Shown one piece after another: positions 8,518-18,165 of a stretch of DNA of 64,000 bases. A program made the position numbers and the translations under genes. The stretch is taken from the NCBI GenBank assembly GCA_025058345.1, contig JANXEN010000002.1, positions 33,679 to 97,678 on the forward strand. The letters run 5' to 3'. This stretch comes from Sulfolobales archaeon (GTDB taxonomy: Archaea > Thermoproteota > Thermoprotei_A > Sulfolobales > NBVN01). Within the stretch, counting starts at the first letter, position 1. The number at the start of each line of letters is the position of its first letter. The notes below the pieces were generated by a model. That model had not been told where the DNA came from. It ran no database searches and saw nothing but the letters and a program-made list of their open reading frames with translations.

Positions 8518-9612
8518 ATGCGATTTAGTGGGGTTGCTGTGGTTGATCTGAGCAGGAAGTGGGTTGCGAAGGCAAGGTATTGGGTACCCCTCGAGGGGGG
8601 GAAGGTGAGGTGTAACTTATGTTACAAGAGGTGTCCAATAGCTAGCGGTGGTTACGGTGCTTGTGGGGTTAGATATAATAGTGGCGGGACTCTATACACC
8701 TTAGTATATGGGTTATTAACTGCAGTTAATTTAGACCCTATAGAGAAGAAGCCTTTGATGCATTTCATGCCTGGTTCCTCAGTTATATCTATATCAACTG
8801 CCGGCTGTAACTTCATGTGTATGTTCTGCCAGAACTGGTCTATAAGTCAATCTAGGAGGGGCGATGTTTTTGGTGAGTTTCACACGCCGGAGGATGTCGT
8901 AAACATTGGTAAGAAATATAAAGCTGATGGGATAAGCTACACGTACAACGAACCAACTATCTACTACGAATACATGTTTGACGTGGCTAAGCTCGCTAAG
9001 AGGGAAGGGATGTTCAACACCATGGTAACTAATGGATATATGGGTGATGAAGCGTTGATAGAGCTATCGCGTTATATGGATGCCGCAACTGTGGACTTCA
9101 AGGGGGGTGGAAATCTAGACTTCTACAGGAAATTCATGGGTGTGCCTGACCCGGAACCTATATTCACCTCGTTAAAGATCATGAAGGATAAGGGGATCTT
9201 CGTAGAAGTCACTAACTTAGTTGTACCTAAGTATGGTGATGACGTTAATGATGTGAGGAAATTAGCTAGGTGGATTAACGATAACTTAGGTCCTGAAACA
9301 CCTTTCCACCTCCTAAGGTTCTACCCACATTATATGATGTCTGATGTACCGCCAACTTTACTCGAAGTGCTTGAGAGGTTGGCTAAGGTTGCCTTAGATG
9401 AGGGGCTTAAACACGTCTACCTCGGTAACGTACCTGGTCATGAGTTAGAGCATACCTACTGTCCAAGCTGTAATTACTTATTAGTACGTAGGTACGGGTT
9501 TGACGTAGTTGAGTGGAACTTAAGTGAGGGGAATAAGTGCCCTAAGTGCGGGTATAAGGTCAACATTGTAGGTAGTTTTAAGGGTAAGGAACGTAGATTC
9601 GCGTGGTGGTAA
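8518..9612 (+). CDS. Radical SAM enzyme, AmmeMemoRadiSam / PFL-activase-like
   Basis: CNFMCMFCQNWSIS radical-SAM cluster motif, an N-terminal Cys cluster and a C-terminal CPSC...CPKC zinc ribbon. Confidence 0.8.
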   Translation: MRFSGVAVVDLSRKWVAKARYWVPLEGGKVRCNLCYKRCPIASGGYGACGVRYNSGGTLYTLVYGLLTAVNLDPIEKKPLMHFMPGSSVISISTAGCNFMCMFCQNWSISQSRRGDVFGEFHTPEDVVNIGKKYKADGISYTYNEPTIYYEYMFDVAKLAKREGMFNTMVTNGYMGDEALIELSRYMDAATVDFKGGGNLDFYRKFMGVPDPEPIFTSLKIMKDKGIFVEVTNLVVPKYGDDVNDVRKLARWINDNLGPETPFHLLRFYPHYMMSDVPPTLLEVLERLAKVALDEGLKHVYLGNVPGHELEHTYCPSCNYLLVRRYGFDVVEWNLSEGNKCPKCGYKVNIVGSFKGKERRFAWW

Positions 9613-10391
9613 CGCTGTATTACATAATTGTGATGGGTCCTGCAGGTTCAGGTAAATCTACGTTAACTCATGCACTATCTAGTTGGATAGAAGATCATGA
9701 GATGTCAGTAACTAGAGTTAACTTTGACCCAGCTGCTGACTCCACACCATACACACCTGATGTAGATGTTAGGAGCTACATAAACGTGAAGGATGTAATG
9801 AGTAAATACGGCTTAGGCCCTAACGGCGCGTTGATAGCTGCTGTAGATATGTTAGTTAACCACATCTCAGATATTAAGAACGAAATCGAATCCTTCAACG
9901 ATAATTACGTAATCGTTGATATGCCCGGCCAATTAGAGATCGTTGCGTTCAGGAGGGTTGGCCCCCTCCTAATTAATTACTTAACTGAGGGTAGGAAATC
10001 AGTGGCGCTATTCCTAATAGATTCCTACCTCACGTTAAGTCCTCTCTCAACAATATCGATGTTGCTTCTATCGATCTCAACTATGCTTAGGATGGGTAAG
10101 CCACAAATAATAGCTCTAACTAAAGCAGACTTACTGTCCTCAGAGCAGGAAGTGAGGCTGATTAACATGTTTGATGAGGAGTTTCGATGCGATGATTTAA
10201 TTGAGTCTAGGGACATAGTCGATATTGAGTTAGCTTTAAGGCTCTGCGAAACTGTTAAGGAGTCAACGATTGATGTAATACCTACATCAGCTGTCAGTGG
10301 GAAAGGATTAGATGAGATTTATGCAGCGGTACAACGTGTTTTGGGTTATGGTGAGGATTATCTGACTGAGGAGCCGAGTGGTAAGCTCTAA
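9603..10391 (+). CDS. GPN-loop GTPase
   Basis: P-loop GPAGSGKST, diagnostic GLGPNGA (GPN) motif, DMPGQLE and TKADL. Confidence 0.85.
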   Translation: MVVTLYYIIVMGPAGSGKSTLTHALSSWIEDHEMSVTRVNFDPAADSTPYTPDVDVRSYINVKDVMSKYGLGPNGALIAAVDMLVNHISDIKNEIESFNDNYVIVDMPGQLEIVAFRRVGPLLINYLTEGRKSVALFLIDSYLTLSPLSTISMLLLSISTMLRMGKPQIIALTKADLLSSEQEVRLINMFDEEFRCDDLIESRDIVDIELALRLCETVKESTIDVIPTSAVSGKGLDEIYAAVQRVLGYGEDYLTEEPSGKL

Positions 10392-10579
10392 CGTTTCCGA
10401 TAATCGATGCATCACTCTCTAAGACCTAACTTTCTTCAACAACTTCAGTAAGTTGGTTTGAATTTACAACTAATTCATTTCACTGAATTCAAAATTTATA
10501 CTAATAAAACACTATTAAATCACTAATAGTTTTTTACCCCTCCCCTACCATAATAATTATATAGGAGGTTCTGAGATTT

Positions 10580-11092
10580 GTGGCGCTGGAGATAAAGTTA
10601 ATGGATAGTAGGATCTTAAATGAGGTTAGAGAGTTAGTTAAGCCTCACAGCCCTCAGTATTGTTACCAATGCGCTAAATGCACAAGTGCTTGTACAGCAA
10701 CTAAAGTTATTCCTGAGTATAAGCCTCATTTAATTGTTGCCCTCACTAGGCTTGGATCAGTTAAGGGTTTAATGGAGTCCGGCATAATATGGGCGTGCAC
10801 TGAGTGTTGGAAGTGCAGTGAGTACTGTCCGCAGGACGTTGCACCTGTTGAGGTCGTGATAGCTCTGAAGAACCTGTCTATCGCGATGGGTTATAAACCC
10901 CCTGAGGATTTGAAGGTGATGGCTAAGAACGTTGTTGAGCTCGGTTACGTCTCACCACCTATTGAGGTCCTCAGCAAGGAGTTCGAGATGTATGGTAGAG
11001 AAGCTCTCTCCCTTCCTGAGTTAGTTAAACCGTACGTAAGTGAAGGAACTCCTACGAATTTAAAGAAGTTATTAGGTGGGGTGTATGAGTAA
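10580..11092 (+). CDS. hdrC: Heterodisulfide reductase subunit C-like (2x[4Fe-4S])
   Basis: CYQCAKCTSAC and CTECWKCSEYCP ferredoxin-type motifs. GGAGGT lies 10 nt upstream of the GTG start. First gene of the hdrCBA-mvhDGA array. Confidence 0.8.
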   Translation: MALEIKLMDSRILNEVRELVKPHSPQYCYQCAKCTSACTATKVIPEYKPHLIVALTRLGSVKGLMESGIIWACTECWKCSEYCPQDVAPVEVVIALKNLSIAMGYKPPEDLKVMAKNVVELGYVSPPIEVLSKEFEMYGREALSLPELVKPYVSEGTPTNLKKLLGGVYE

Positions 11093-11975
11093 GTTCTTAC
11101 TCTTTCTGGGATGTACGATTCCTACAAAGCAGTACAGCTATGAGATCTCAGTACGTAATGTCCTACCTAAGTTAGGGGTTGAACTTGTTGACTTCCCTGA
11201 ATCAGGGTGCTGCGGCTTCCCCCTCAAAGGGTTAAATAAGAAGGCATGGATATATATGTCGGCTAGACTTCTATCTCTAGCATCTAAGAAAGGGTTACCA
11301 ATATTAGCATTATGTAATGGATGTGACACATCCTTAAGGAAGATAAAAGACTTACTAATGCATGATAAGGATTTAAGGGAGGAGATGGCTAAGCTTCTAA
11401 GCAATGAAGGTGTTAAGTTAGACATCAACGCTAAGGTTTACCATACGTTGGAGGTCCTCCACGACTTCGTAGGTGTTGAGAGGATTAAGTCCTTAGTTCA
11501 GAGGCCTCTGAAGGGGATTAAAGTCGCTTCATACCCTGGTTGCCATATGCTTAGACCTTCAGATATACCGCGTCCTGAGGATCCGGTAGAGCCTAGGAAG
11601 TACGACTCGGTCATTAAGGCTTTGGGTGCTGAGGTGGGTTATTACCCTGATAAGGGTGGTTGTTGCGGTGCTACTTTACTGCCTTACTCAGCTAAGCATG
11701 CCTTACTCATAGTGGCGTCTAAGTTAAAGACCATTAAGGAGTATGGGTTTAGCGCCGTTAGTACTTCATGTCCTTACTGTATGGAGATGATTGACGCTAA
11801 GCAGGATGCAGCCCGGAGTGAGGTTGGTGATGAAGATATCTCAATACCTGTCTTCTACCTCACGCAGCTTGTAGGTATCGCTATGGGTCTGAAGCCTAAG
11901 GAATTAGGTTTAAACCTTAACGTAAGTCCTGTTGAGGGGGTTCTAGATAGGTTGGGGGTAAGTCTTTATGAGTGA
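11085..11975 (+). CDS. hdrB: Heterodisulfide reductase subunit B-like (two CCG domains)
   Basis: Two CCG motifs (SGCCGFPL, GGCCGATL). The ATG at 11085 overlaps the hdrC stop (ATGAGTAA). The track's GTG at 11076 is an alternative start. Confidence 0.8.
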   Translation: MSKFLLFLGCTIPTKQYSYEISVRNVLPKLGVELVDFPESGCCGFPLKGLNKKAWIYMSARLLSLASKKGLPILALCNGCDTSLRKIKDLLMHDKDLREEMAKLLSNEGVKLDINAKVYHTLEVLHDFVGVERIKSLVQRPLKGIKVASYPGCHMLRPSDIPRPEDPVEPRKYDSVIKALGAEVGYYPDKGGCCGATLLPYSAKHALLIVASKLKTIKEYGFSAVSTSCPYCMEMIDAKQDAARSEVGDEDISIPVFYLTQLVGIAMGLKPKELGLNLNVSPVEGVLDRLGVSLYE

Positions 11976-13941
11976 TGTTAGAATTGGTGTTTACGTATGT
12001 CATTGTGGGAAGAACATAGGTGGTGTTATTAACCCAGCGAAGGTCGCTGAGCATGCTGGTAAGTTACCTAACGTAGTCATTTCTAGGGACTACGTATATA
12101 TGTGCTCTTCCCCTGGTCAGTTACTGATTGAGGAGGATATTAAGAAGTACAACCTTAATAGGGTTATAGTTGCTGCCTGCTCCCCTAGGATGCATGAACC
12201 GACCTTCCAAGGGGTTCTTAAGAGGGCTGGACTGAATCCATGGCTACTTCAAATGGTTAACGTAAGGGAGCATGACACATGGGTTCATGAGAATGTTCCA
12301 GAGAAGGCGGAGGAGAAGGCTAAGGATTTAGTGGCTGCAGCTGTTGCTAGGGCAGCGCATCTATATGAGATAAATACTGTTAGAGCTCCAGTCGTTAAGT
12401 CAGCTGTAGTTATTGGTGGGGGGATAGCTGGTATTAGAGCGTCTTTAGACCTTGCTAATGCCGGGATTAAAGTCTACCTCATTGAGAAGAAGCAGAGTAT
12501 TGGGGGTAAGATGGCTCAGCTAGATAAGACGTTCCCTACACTTGATTGCAGTCAATGCATATTAACTCCTTTAATGGTTGATGTCTCAAGACATCCCAAC
12601 ATAGAGATATATGCTTACTCTGAGGTAGTAGATGTTTCTGGCTCTGCCGGAGACTTCAAAGTTAAGGTTAGGTTAAAGCCTACATACGTTGATTGGAGTA
12701 AATGCACTGGCTGCGGTGCATGTGTTGAGAAGTGTCCTGGAAGGGCTCCTAAAGAATTCGATGAGGGTTTAGGCGTTAGAAAAGCTATATACTTCGAATT
12801 CCCTCAGGCAGTTCCTAGAAGGCCTGTAATAGATACTGAACACTGTCTATGGTTTACTAAAGGAATTTGTAAGGTCTGTGAGAAGGTATGCCCTGTAGGT
12901 GCTATAGACTATAAGCAGGTGGAGAGGTATGTGGAGTTAAATGTTGGGGCTATTGTAGTTGCTATAGGTTATGAGCTATATGATTTAAGTAAGTTAAGTG
13001 AATACGGTTACGGTAAATTCAAGAACGTCATAAGCGGCTTACAGCTTGAGCGGCTGTCATCCGCTGATGGACCTACTAGAGGTAAGATATTGAGACCTTC
13101 TGATGGTAAGGAGCCGAAGACGGTCGGTATAGTCCTGTGTGCTGGTTCGAGGGATGAGAATCACGTCAAGTATTGCTGTAGATTTGGATGTGCAGCAGCT
13201 ATAAAGCACGTATACTACATAAAGCACGCATTACCCGATGCTAAGGTCTTAGTGTTCTACACTGATGTGAGGGCTTTCGGGAAGGGTTATGAGGAGTTCT
13301 ACCAGAAGTTCCGGAGTGAGGAGAACGTCTTCTTCATAAGAGGTCGCCCTGCAGAAATCTTCGAAGGTAGGGATGGTTCCTTAATTTTCGATGTTTATGA
13401 CTCTAACACTAATCAATTAATTAATGTGAGGGCTGATTTAGTGGTGCTTGAAGGTGCTGTAGTGCCGCCTAAGGATTGGGAACCCCTTAGGAGGATTCTT
13501 AAGGTGTCCTGCGATCCTGGAGGGTTTGCGTTAGAGCTGCATCCGAAGCTCAGGCCGTTCGAAACAACGTCTGATGGTATATTCTTAGCAGGAGCTATTC
13601 AGGGACCTAAGGATATTCCAGACACTGTTGCGCATGCGGCTGCTGCAGCAGCATCCGCCATAGGCTTCCTAGCTAAAGGCTATGTTGAGTCCGTACCTTA
13701 TCTTGCGGTCGTTAACGAGGATTTATGTAGCGGCTGCAGCTTATGCGTTCCTATATGCCCCTACGGTGCGATAAGTGTTAGTGAGAAGGAGGGTAAAAGG
13801 GTTGCTAAGGTAGACGTAATTAAGTGTAAGGGTTGTGGTGCATGTGCTGCTACATGTCCGTCTGGCGCTATGCAGCAAAACTACTTTACAGATAAGCAAG
13901 TACTTTCGGAAGTTGTTGTTTTGGCTGGGGGTGCTAAGTGA
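11968..13941 (+). CDS. hdrA: Heterodisulfide reductase subunit A-like (FAD, multiple Fe-S)
   Basis: N-terminal CHCGKNIG cluster, FAD fold VIGGGIAGIRASLDLA, and ferredoxin motifs CTGCGACVEKCP and CKGCGACAATCP. 657 aa. Confidence 0.85.
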   Translation: MSDVRIGVYVCHCGKNIGGVINPAKVAEHAGKLPNVVISRDYVYMCSSPGQLLIEEDIKKYNLNRVIVAACSPRMHEPTFQGVLKRAGLNPWLLQMVNVREHDTWVHENVPEKAEEKAKDLVAAAVARAAHLYEINTVRAPVVKSAVVIGGGIAGIRASLDLANAGIKVYLIEKKQSIGGKMAQLDKTFPTLDCSQCILTPLMVDVSRHPNIEIYAYSEVVDVSGSAGDFKVKVRLKPTYVDWSKCTGCGACVEKCPGRAPKEFDEGLGVRKAIYFEFPQAVPRRPVIDTEHCLWFTKGICKVCEKVCPVGAIDYKQVERYVELNVGAIVVAIGYELYDLSKLSEYGYGKFKNVISGLQLERLSSADGPTRGKILRPSDGKEPKTVGIVLCAGSRDENHVKYCCRFGCAAAIKHVYYIKHALPDAKVLVFYTDVRAFGKGYEEFYQKFRSEENVFFIRGRPAEIFEGRDGSLIFDVYDSNTNQLINVRADLVVLEGAVVPPKDWEPLRRILKVSCDPGGFALELHPKLRPFETTSDGIFLAGAIQGPKDIPDTVAHAAAAAASAIGFLAKGYVESVPYLAVVNEDLCSGCSLCVPICPYGAISVSEKEGKRVAKVDVIKCKGCGACAATCPSGAMQQNYFTDKQVLSEVVVLAGGAK

Positions 13942-14369
13942 TGAGTGGTGGGGAGTTCGAACCTAGGATAGTGGTATTCGCCTGTAATTGGTGTTCATAT
14001 GCTGGGATAGATCTTGCAGGAACTTCTAGGATTAAGTACCCGCATAACGTTAGAATCGTTAAGGTCATGTGTTCAGGTAGGGTACATCCTGAAATGGTTC
14101 TCAAGGCATTAGAGGAGGGTGCTGATGGAGTGTTGATAACTGGTTGTCATCCAGGAGACTGTCACTACATATCGGGGAATTATAAAGCTATGAGGAGGTA
14201 TTTACTCCTTAAGAAGTTGCTTGGTGAGTTAGGGCTTAGTGATAGGGTGAGGCTTGAGTGGGTGTCAGCAAGTGAGGGAGAGAGGTGGGCTAGGGTGTCT
14301 TCAGATTTCGTGGAACATATACGTAAGTTAGGTCCTCTGAGGTTGAAGGAGGTGATGGAGGGTGAGTGA
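13941..14369 (+). CDS. mvhD: MvhD-type hydrogenase iron-sulfur (delta) subunit
   Basis: VVFACNWCSYAGIDLAG ... VMCSGRV ... GCHPGDCHY is the MvhD/FlpD signature. The start overlaps the hdrA stop (TGATG). Confidence 0.8.
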   Translation: MSGGEFEPRIVVFACNWCSYAGIDLAGTSRIKYPHNVRIVKVMCSGRVHPEMVLKALEEGADGVLITGCHPGDCHYISGNYKAMRRYLLLKKLLGELGLSDRVRLEWVSASEGERWARVSSDFVEHIRKLGPLRLKEVMEGE

Positions 14370-15357
14370 TAGGGTTAAAGTAGCTTTATATTGGTGTGCT
14401 AGTTGCGGTGGTTGTGAGGAGGCTGTAGTGGACCTTGCTGAGGAGTTGATAAGGTTAAGTAATTCTTTAGAGATAGTGTTCTGGCCTGTTGCCGTAGATT
14501 TTAAGAAGTCTGACGTTGAGGCTATGCCAGATAGTAGTATCGATATATCGTTCATAAACGGTGGTATTAGGCTTACCGAGCATGAGGAGGTTGTAAAACT
14601 ACTTAGGAGGAAGTCTAAGTTAGTTGTAGCGTTCGGTAGCTGCGCTCATGGAGGCGGTGTTCCAGGTCTTGCTAACATGTATAGTAGGGATGAAATCCTT
14701 AGATACGCATATATTGAAGCCCCTACAGTAATTAATTCTGAAGGCGCTTTACCTAAGGAGTTATCTGGAGGTGTTGGTGGGGAGCTTGAGTTGCCTAAGG
14801 TATTAAAACTTCTTAAGCCTTTAGATGAGGTAGTGGATGTCGACTTTTACATACCGGGATGCGCTCCCACACCTGACGTCATCAAGAAGTCTTTAGAGAC
14901 GTTATTGAGCGGTAAGTTACCACCTAAGGGCAGTGTGTTAGGGGCTAGTAGTAAGTCTTTATGTGATGAATGTGATTTAAATAAGACTAAGCCTGAGAAG
15001 ATCTTGCTGAAGGATATTAAGCGCGTTCATCAAGTTAGGCTGGACTTAAGTAAGTGTTACCTATCTCAGGGGGTAATATGTTTAGGTCCTGTAACTAGGG
15101 GCGGTTGCGGAACTCTATGCGTTAAGGGTGGTATGCCGTGTACTGGCTGCTTTGGACCGTTAGATAACGTCAGCGATTACGGTGCGAGAGCGTTGTCATT
15201 TCTAGCTTCAGTCATCGATTACGACGATGAGGTTCAGGCAGAGAAGTTTATTGAGGAGTATATACCTGATCCTGTTGGTTGGTTTTACAGGTACAATCTT
15301 CCTAAATCATTGATTAAGGGTAGGTATCAAAGGCAGGGAGGTGGTGTCCATGGGTAA
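14362..15357 (+). CDS. mvhG: [NiFe]-hydrogenase small subunit (MvhG-like)
   Basis: YWCASCGGCEE proximal-cluster motif, GSCAHGGGVPG, and later Cys clusters (CLGPVTRGGCGTLC, CTGCFGP). Confidence 0.8.
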   Translation: MSDRVKVALYWCASCGGCEEAVVDLAEELIRLSNSLEIVFWPVAVDFKKSDVEAMPDSSIDISFINGGIRLTEHEEVVKLLRRKSKLVVAFGSCAHGGGVPGLANMYSRDEILRYAYIEAPTVINSEGALPKELSGGVGGELELPKVLKLLKPLDEVVDVDFYIPGCAPTPDVIKKSLETLLSGKLPPKGSVLGASSKSLCDECDLNKTKPEKILLKDIKRVHQVRLDLSKCYLSQGVICLGPVTRGGCGTLCVKGGMPCTGCFGPLDNVSDYGARALSFLASVIDYDDEVQAEKFIEEYIPDPVGWFYRYNLPKSLIKGRYQRQGGGVHG

Positions 15358-16804
15358 GACAGTAGTTATTGATCCTATAACTAGGTTGGAGGGTCATGGT
15401 AAGATAGCCATATTCATTGACGATAATGGAAACGTGGTTAATGCTTACCTACAAGTACCTGAGTTAAGGGGGTTTGAGAAGTTCTTAGTTGGTAGGCCTG
15501 CTGAGGATGCCCCTCAAATCACTTCCAGGATATGCGGTGTATGTCCTACAGCCCACCACACAGCCGCTACTAAGGCGTTAGACGACCTCTACGGTGTTGA
15601 GCCACCTACGCCGGCTAAGAAGATAAGGGAGCTGGTTTATAACCTCTTCATGTTTGAGGATCATGCCCTACATTTCTACGTATTAGGAGGTCCTGACTTC
15701 ATAGTAGGTCCTAAAGCACCTAAGGCTGAGAGAAACGTCTTCGGTGTGTTAAGGAAGGTTGGTTTGGATGTAGGTCTTCGGGTGGTTAAGACTAGGAAGG
15801 TAGCTAGGGATCTGATCTCAGCTATTGCTGGTAAGGTCATTCACCCAGTGTTTGGTTTGCCTGGCGGCGTTTCTAAGCAGATAGATGAAGGTTTGAGGAG
15901 TAAGTTGTTGGGGGTTGTTAACGATTTCGTGGATTTCGCATTATTTACTCATAAGGTGTTTAAGGACGTAGTTCTTTCGAACAGCGATTACTTGAATTTA
16001 ATATTGAGTGATGCGTACACACATAAGACTTACTATATGGGTTTAGTAGATGGTAGGAATAGAGTTAACTTCTACGACGGTAAGTTAAGGGTAGTGGATC
16101 CGAAGGGTAGGGAATTCGCTAAATTCGATGTTCACGAATACCTTAATCATATAGCTGAGCATGTTGAGCCGTGGACTTACGTGAAGTTCTCATACTTAAG
16201 GAATGTAGGGTGGAAGGGTTTCGTAGACGGTGAGGATAGCGGTATATTCTCTGTAGCTCCTTTAGCTAGGTTAAATGCTGCTGACGGTATGGCGACCCCA
16301 TACGCTCAGGCTGCATATGAGGAAATGTATAGTACTGTCGGAGGTAAACCTATACACCACACACTAGCCATCCATTGGGCAAGGATTATAGAGATGCTTC
16401 AAGCAGCTGAGAGAGTTAAGGAACTAGCTGAAGATCCGGAAATCACAGACCCTAACATCAGAAATATGCCGGAGAAGCCTAAAGGTGTAGGTATAGGTGT
16501 TGTGGAGGCACCGCGCGGCGTCTTAATACATCACTACGAAACCGATGATAGAGGCATAATAACTAAGGCTAACCTACTGGTGGCAACGCAACACAACTCA
16601 GCAAGAATAGCGTTATCTGTAAATAAGGCGGCTAAGTACCTCATAAAGAATGGGGAAGTTGATGAAGGGATCCTGAACATGGTAGAGATGGCATACAGAG
16701 CCTACGACCCATGCCACGCATGCGCTACCCATAACCTACCTGGAGGATTCAAACCTACTATACATATCTACGACATCCGCGGAAATCTGATAAAGAGGTT
16801 GTGA
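15350..16804 (+). CDS. mvhA: [NiFe]-hydrogenase large subunit (MvhA-like)
   Basis: IDPITRLEGHG, the N-terminal Ni-binding RICGVCPTAHH, and the C-terminal DPCHACATH followed by a 23-aa tail. The ATG at 15350 overlaps the mvhG end. Confidence 0.85.
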   Translation: MGKTVVIDPITRLEGHGKIAIFIDDNGNVVNAYLQVPELRGFEKFLVGRPAEDAPQITSRICGVCPTAHHTAATKALDDLYGVEPPTPAKKIRELVYNLFMFEDHALHFYVLGGPDFIVGPKAPKAERNVFGVLRKVGLDVGLRVVKTRKVARDLISAIAGKVIHPVFGLPGGVSKQIDEGLRSKLLGVVNDFVDFALFTHKVFKDVVLSNSDYLNLILSDAYTHKTYYMGLVDGRNRVNFYDGKLRVVDPKGREFAKFDVHEYLNHIAEHVEPWTYVKFSYLRNVGWKGFVDGEDSGIFSVAPLARLNAADGMATPYAQAAYEEMYSTVGGKPIHHTLAIHWARIIEMLQAAERVKELAEDPEITDPNIRNMPEKPKGVGIGVVEAPRGVLIHHYETDDRGIITKANLLVATQHNSARIALSVNKAAKYLIKNGEVDEGILNMVEMAYRAYDPCHACATHNLPGGFKPTIHIYDIRGNLIKRL

Positions 16805-16953
16805 ATTAAGCTTAAATTAACTACATTTTTATTAAAGTAAGCATCCAGTAACTGGTTTGACCCTTCAGATTTTCCACCTCTATTAGTTGGATAGAACTTC
16901 ACCACATCTATAAGTTCTGCAAAAGTCGATTGAACTACTGCTAAGACATGGGG

Positions 16954-17030
<77 letters not shown>

Positions 17031-17302
17031 ATAAACCTACAAATACTTAAGAGTTAGGTTTAATAAATCTTTTAGCCATGGTGTTGTCGTATGCCTTCAC
17101 CACATGTCTAATCAGCATTGTTGAATACCTTAATGGAGAATAAAGTTCTTTCATCTATTCATTAATAGTTTACGTATTTAGTTAAGAAGTATCATTTATT
17201 AACACATTAGTAGTGGTACGGTAGTGAGTTGATGAGGCCCTGTAAAAAATTCATAGTTATTTATTCCACGTGACCATTGCTTGCGGTCCAAATGAGGTTT
17301 AG

Positions 17303-17935
17303 TTACGATTCTTTCCTTATTACTATTTTCTGCCCAACTAGTGCGGTACTAGGTATTAATACCTTGTTACCGTCCTTCCTCTCAGCTATTGTGAATAACG
17401 TACCTATATCTAATACTCTAACTTCAGACTCTCCTGCTGCATCTATCACATCACCTATTTTAAAAGGTCTCGCAAGCAGTAGGAACATCCCACTCACTGC
17501 CTGCCCAAGAACTTGCTGGGTTGCAAAACCAACTACCAAACCTATAAAGCCTCCGAGGGCTACCCCTGCAGTACCGCCAGCTACACCGCCAGCAATAGCA
17601 GCAAATAAACCGCCTAAACCTAAGATCCTTATAAGGCTTCTTATGGCGGAAGCTGCTGAAGGCCCGTACTTCGGCTTCAGTATCGCGTAAAACATTGACG
17701 CTAATGCTGATACAATAAACCAACCAAGCACCAGTGACACTAATATACTTACGTATGGCCAGTAATCCGTCAACACTAACAGCCCTGAAAAGCCCGTAGT
17801 TTTTGCGATATCCACCAATAAGTAATTAAATACCCAGTTAAGTACCCCCATAACTACAGCAGCTAAAGCCACGTACAAGATAAGCTTCTGCAAAGCTATT
17901 TCAATCTTATCTGTATTTGAAGACATATCAACCAC
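17303..17935 (-). CDS. Small MscS-family mechanosensitive channel-like membrane protein
   Basis: Three predicted TM segments, then GFATQQVLGQAVSGMFLLLARPFKIGDVI, the MscS pore-helix/beta-domain signature. Confidence 0.7.
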   Translation of the reverse strand: MVDMSSNTDKIEIALQKLILYVALAAVVMGVLNWVFNYLLVDIAKTTGFSGLLVLTDYWPYVSILVSLVLGWFIVSALASMFYAILKPKYGPSAASAIRSLIRILGLGGLFAAIAGGVAGGTAGVALGGFIGLVVGFATQQVLGQAVSGMFLLLARPFKIGDVIDAAGESEVRVLDIGTLFTIAERKDGNKVLIPSTALVGQKIVIRKES

Positions 17936-18002
17936 ATCATATTATATTGTTAGAGAATTTATATGTTGATGTCTTATCTCGAAGTAGGAAATAGTTGTAA
18001 AA

Positions 18003-18009
18003 TTTATAA
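18003..18009 (+). promoter_or_regulatory. TATA box candidate for the tRNA-Asp transcription unit
   Basis: TTTATAA preceded by an A-rich BRE-like stretch. Its centre is ~26 nt upstream of G18032, the first base of the GGCCCCC leader, and 37 nt upstream of mature tRNA position 1. Confidence 0.4.
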
Positions 18010-18042
18010 GCTTGAAATTGTTTAAGTGTTTGGCCCCCGAAT

Positions 18043-18165
18043 GCCGCGGTAGTATAGCCCGGCCTAGTATGTGGGCCTGTCGAACACCGACCTTACGTGT
18101 GGAAAGCCCATGACCCGGGTTCAAATCCCGGCCGCGACACAACTAACGTTGTGCGGTAGGCGCCA
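18043..18165 (+). tRNA. tRNA-Asp (anticodon GTC) with a canonical 37/38 intron and a second intron in the 3' acceptor strand; CCA encoded
   Basis: GCCGCGG-TA-GTAT..GTAT-G-TGGGC-CTGTCG[22 nt, 18083-18104]A-GCCCA-TGAC-CCGGG-TTCAAAT-CCCGG-CCGCG[23 nt, 18137-18159]GC-G-CCA. Length check: 123 nt = 78 + 22 + 23. Confidence 0.75.

Noticed and set aside
10457-10493. Inverted repeat TTTGAATT ... AATTCAAA about 100 nt upstream of hdrC
   Set aside because: It is a pure A/T 8-mer in AT-rich spacer DNA, which is not distinguishable from chance.
17277-17723. Two overlapping ORFs (17277-17690 plus strand, 17460-17723 minus strand) inside the MscS-like gene
   Set aside because: Their Pro/Ala-rich or Arg/Cys-rich translations arise from alternative frames of the Gly/Ala-rich channel gene. 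Only frame 17303-17935 (minus) has a recognisable motif.
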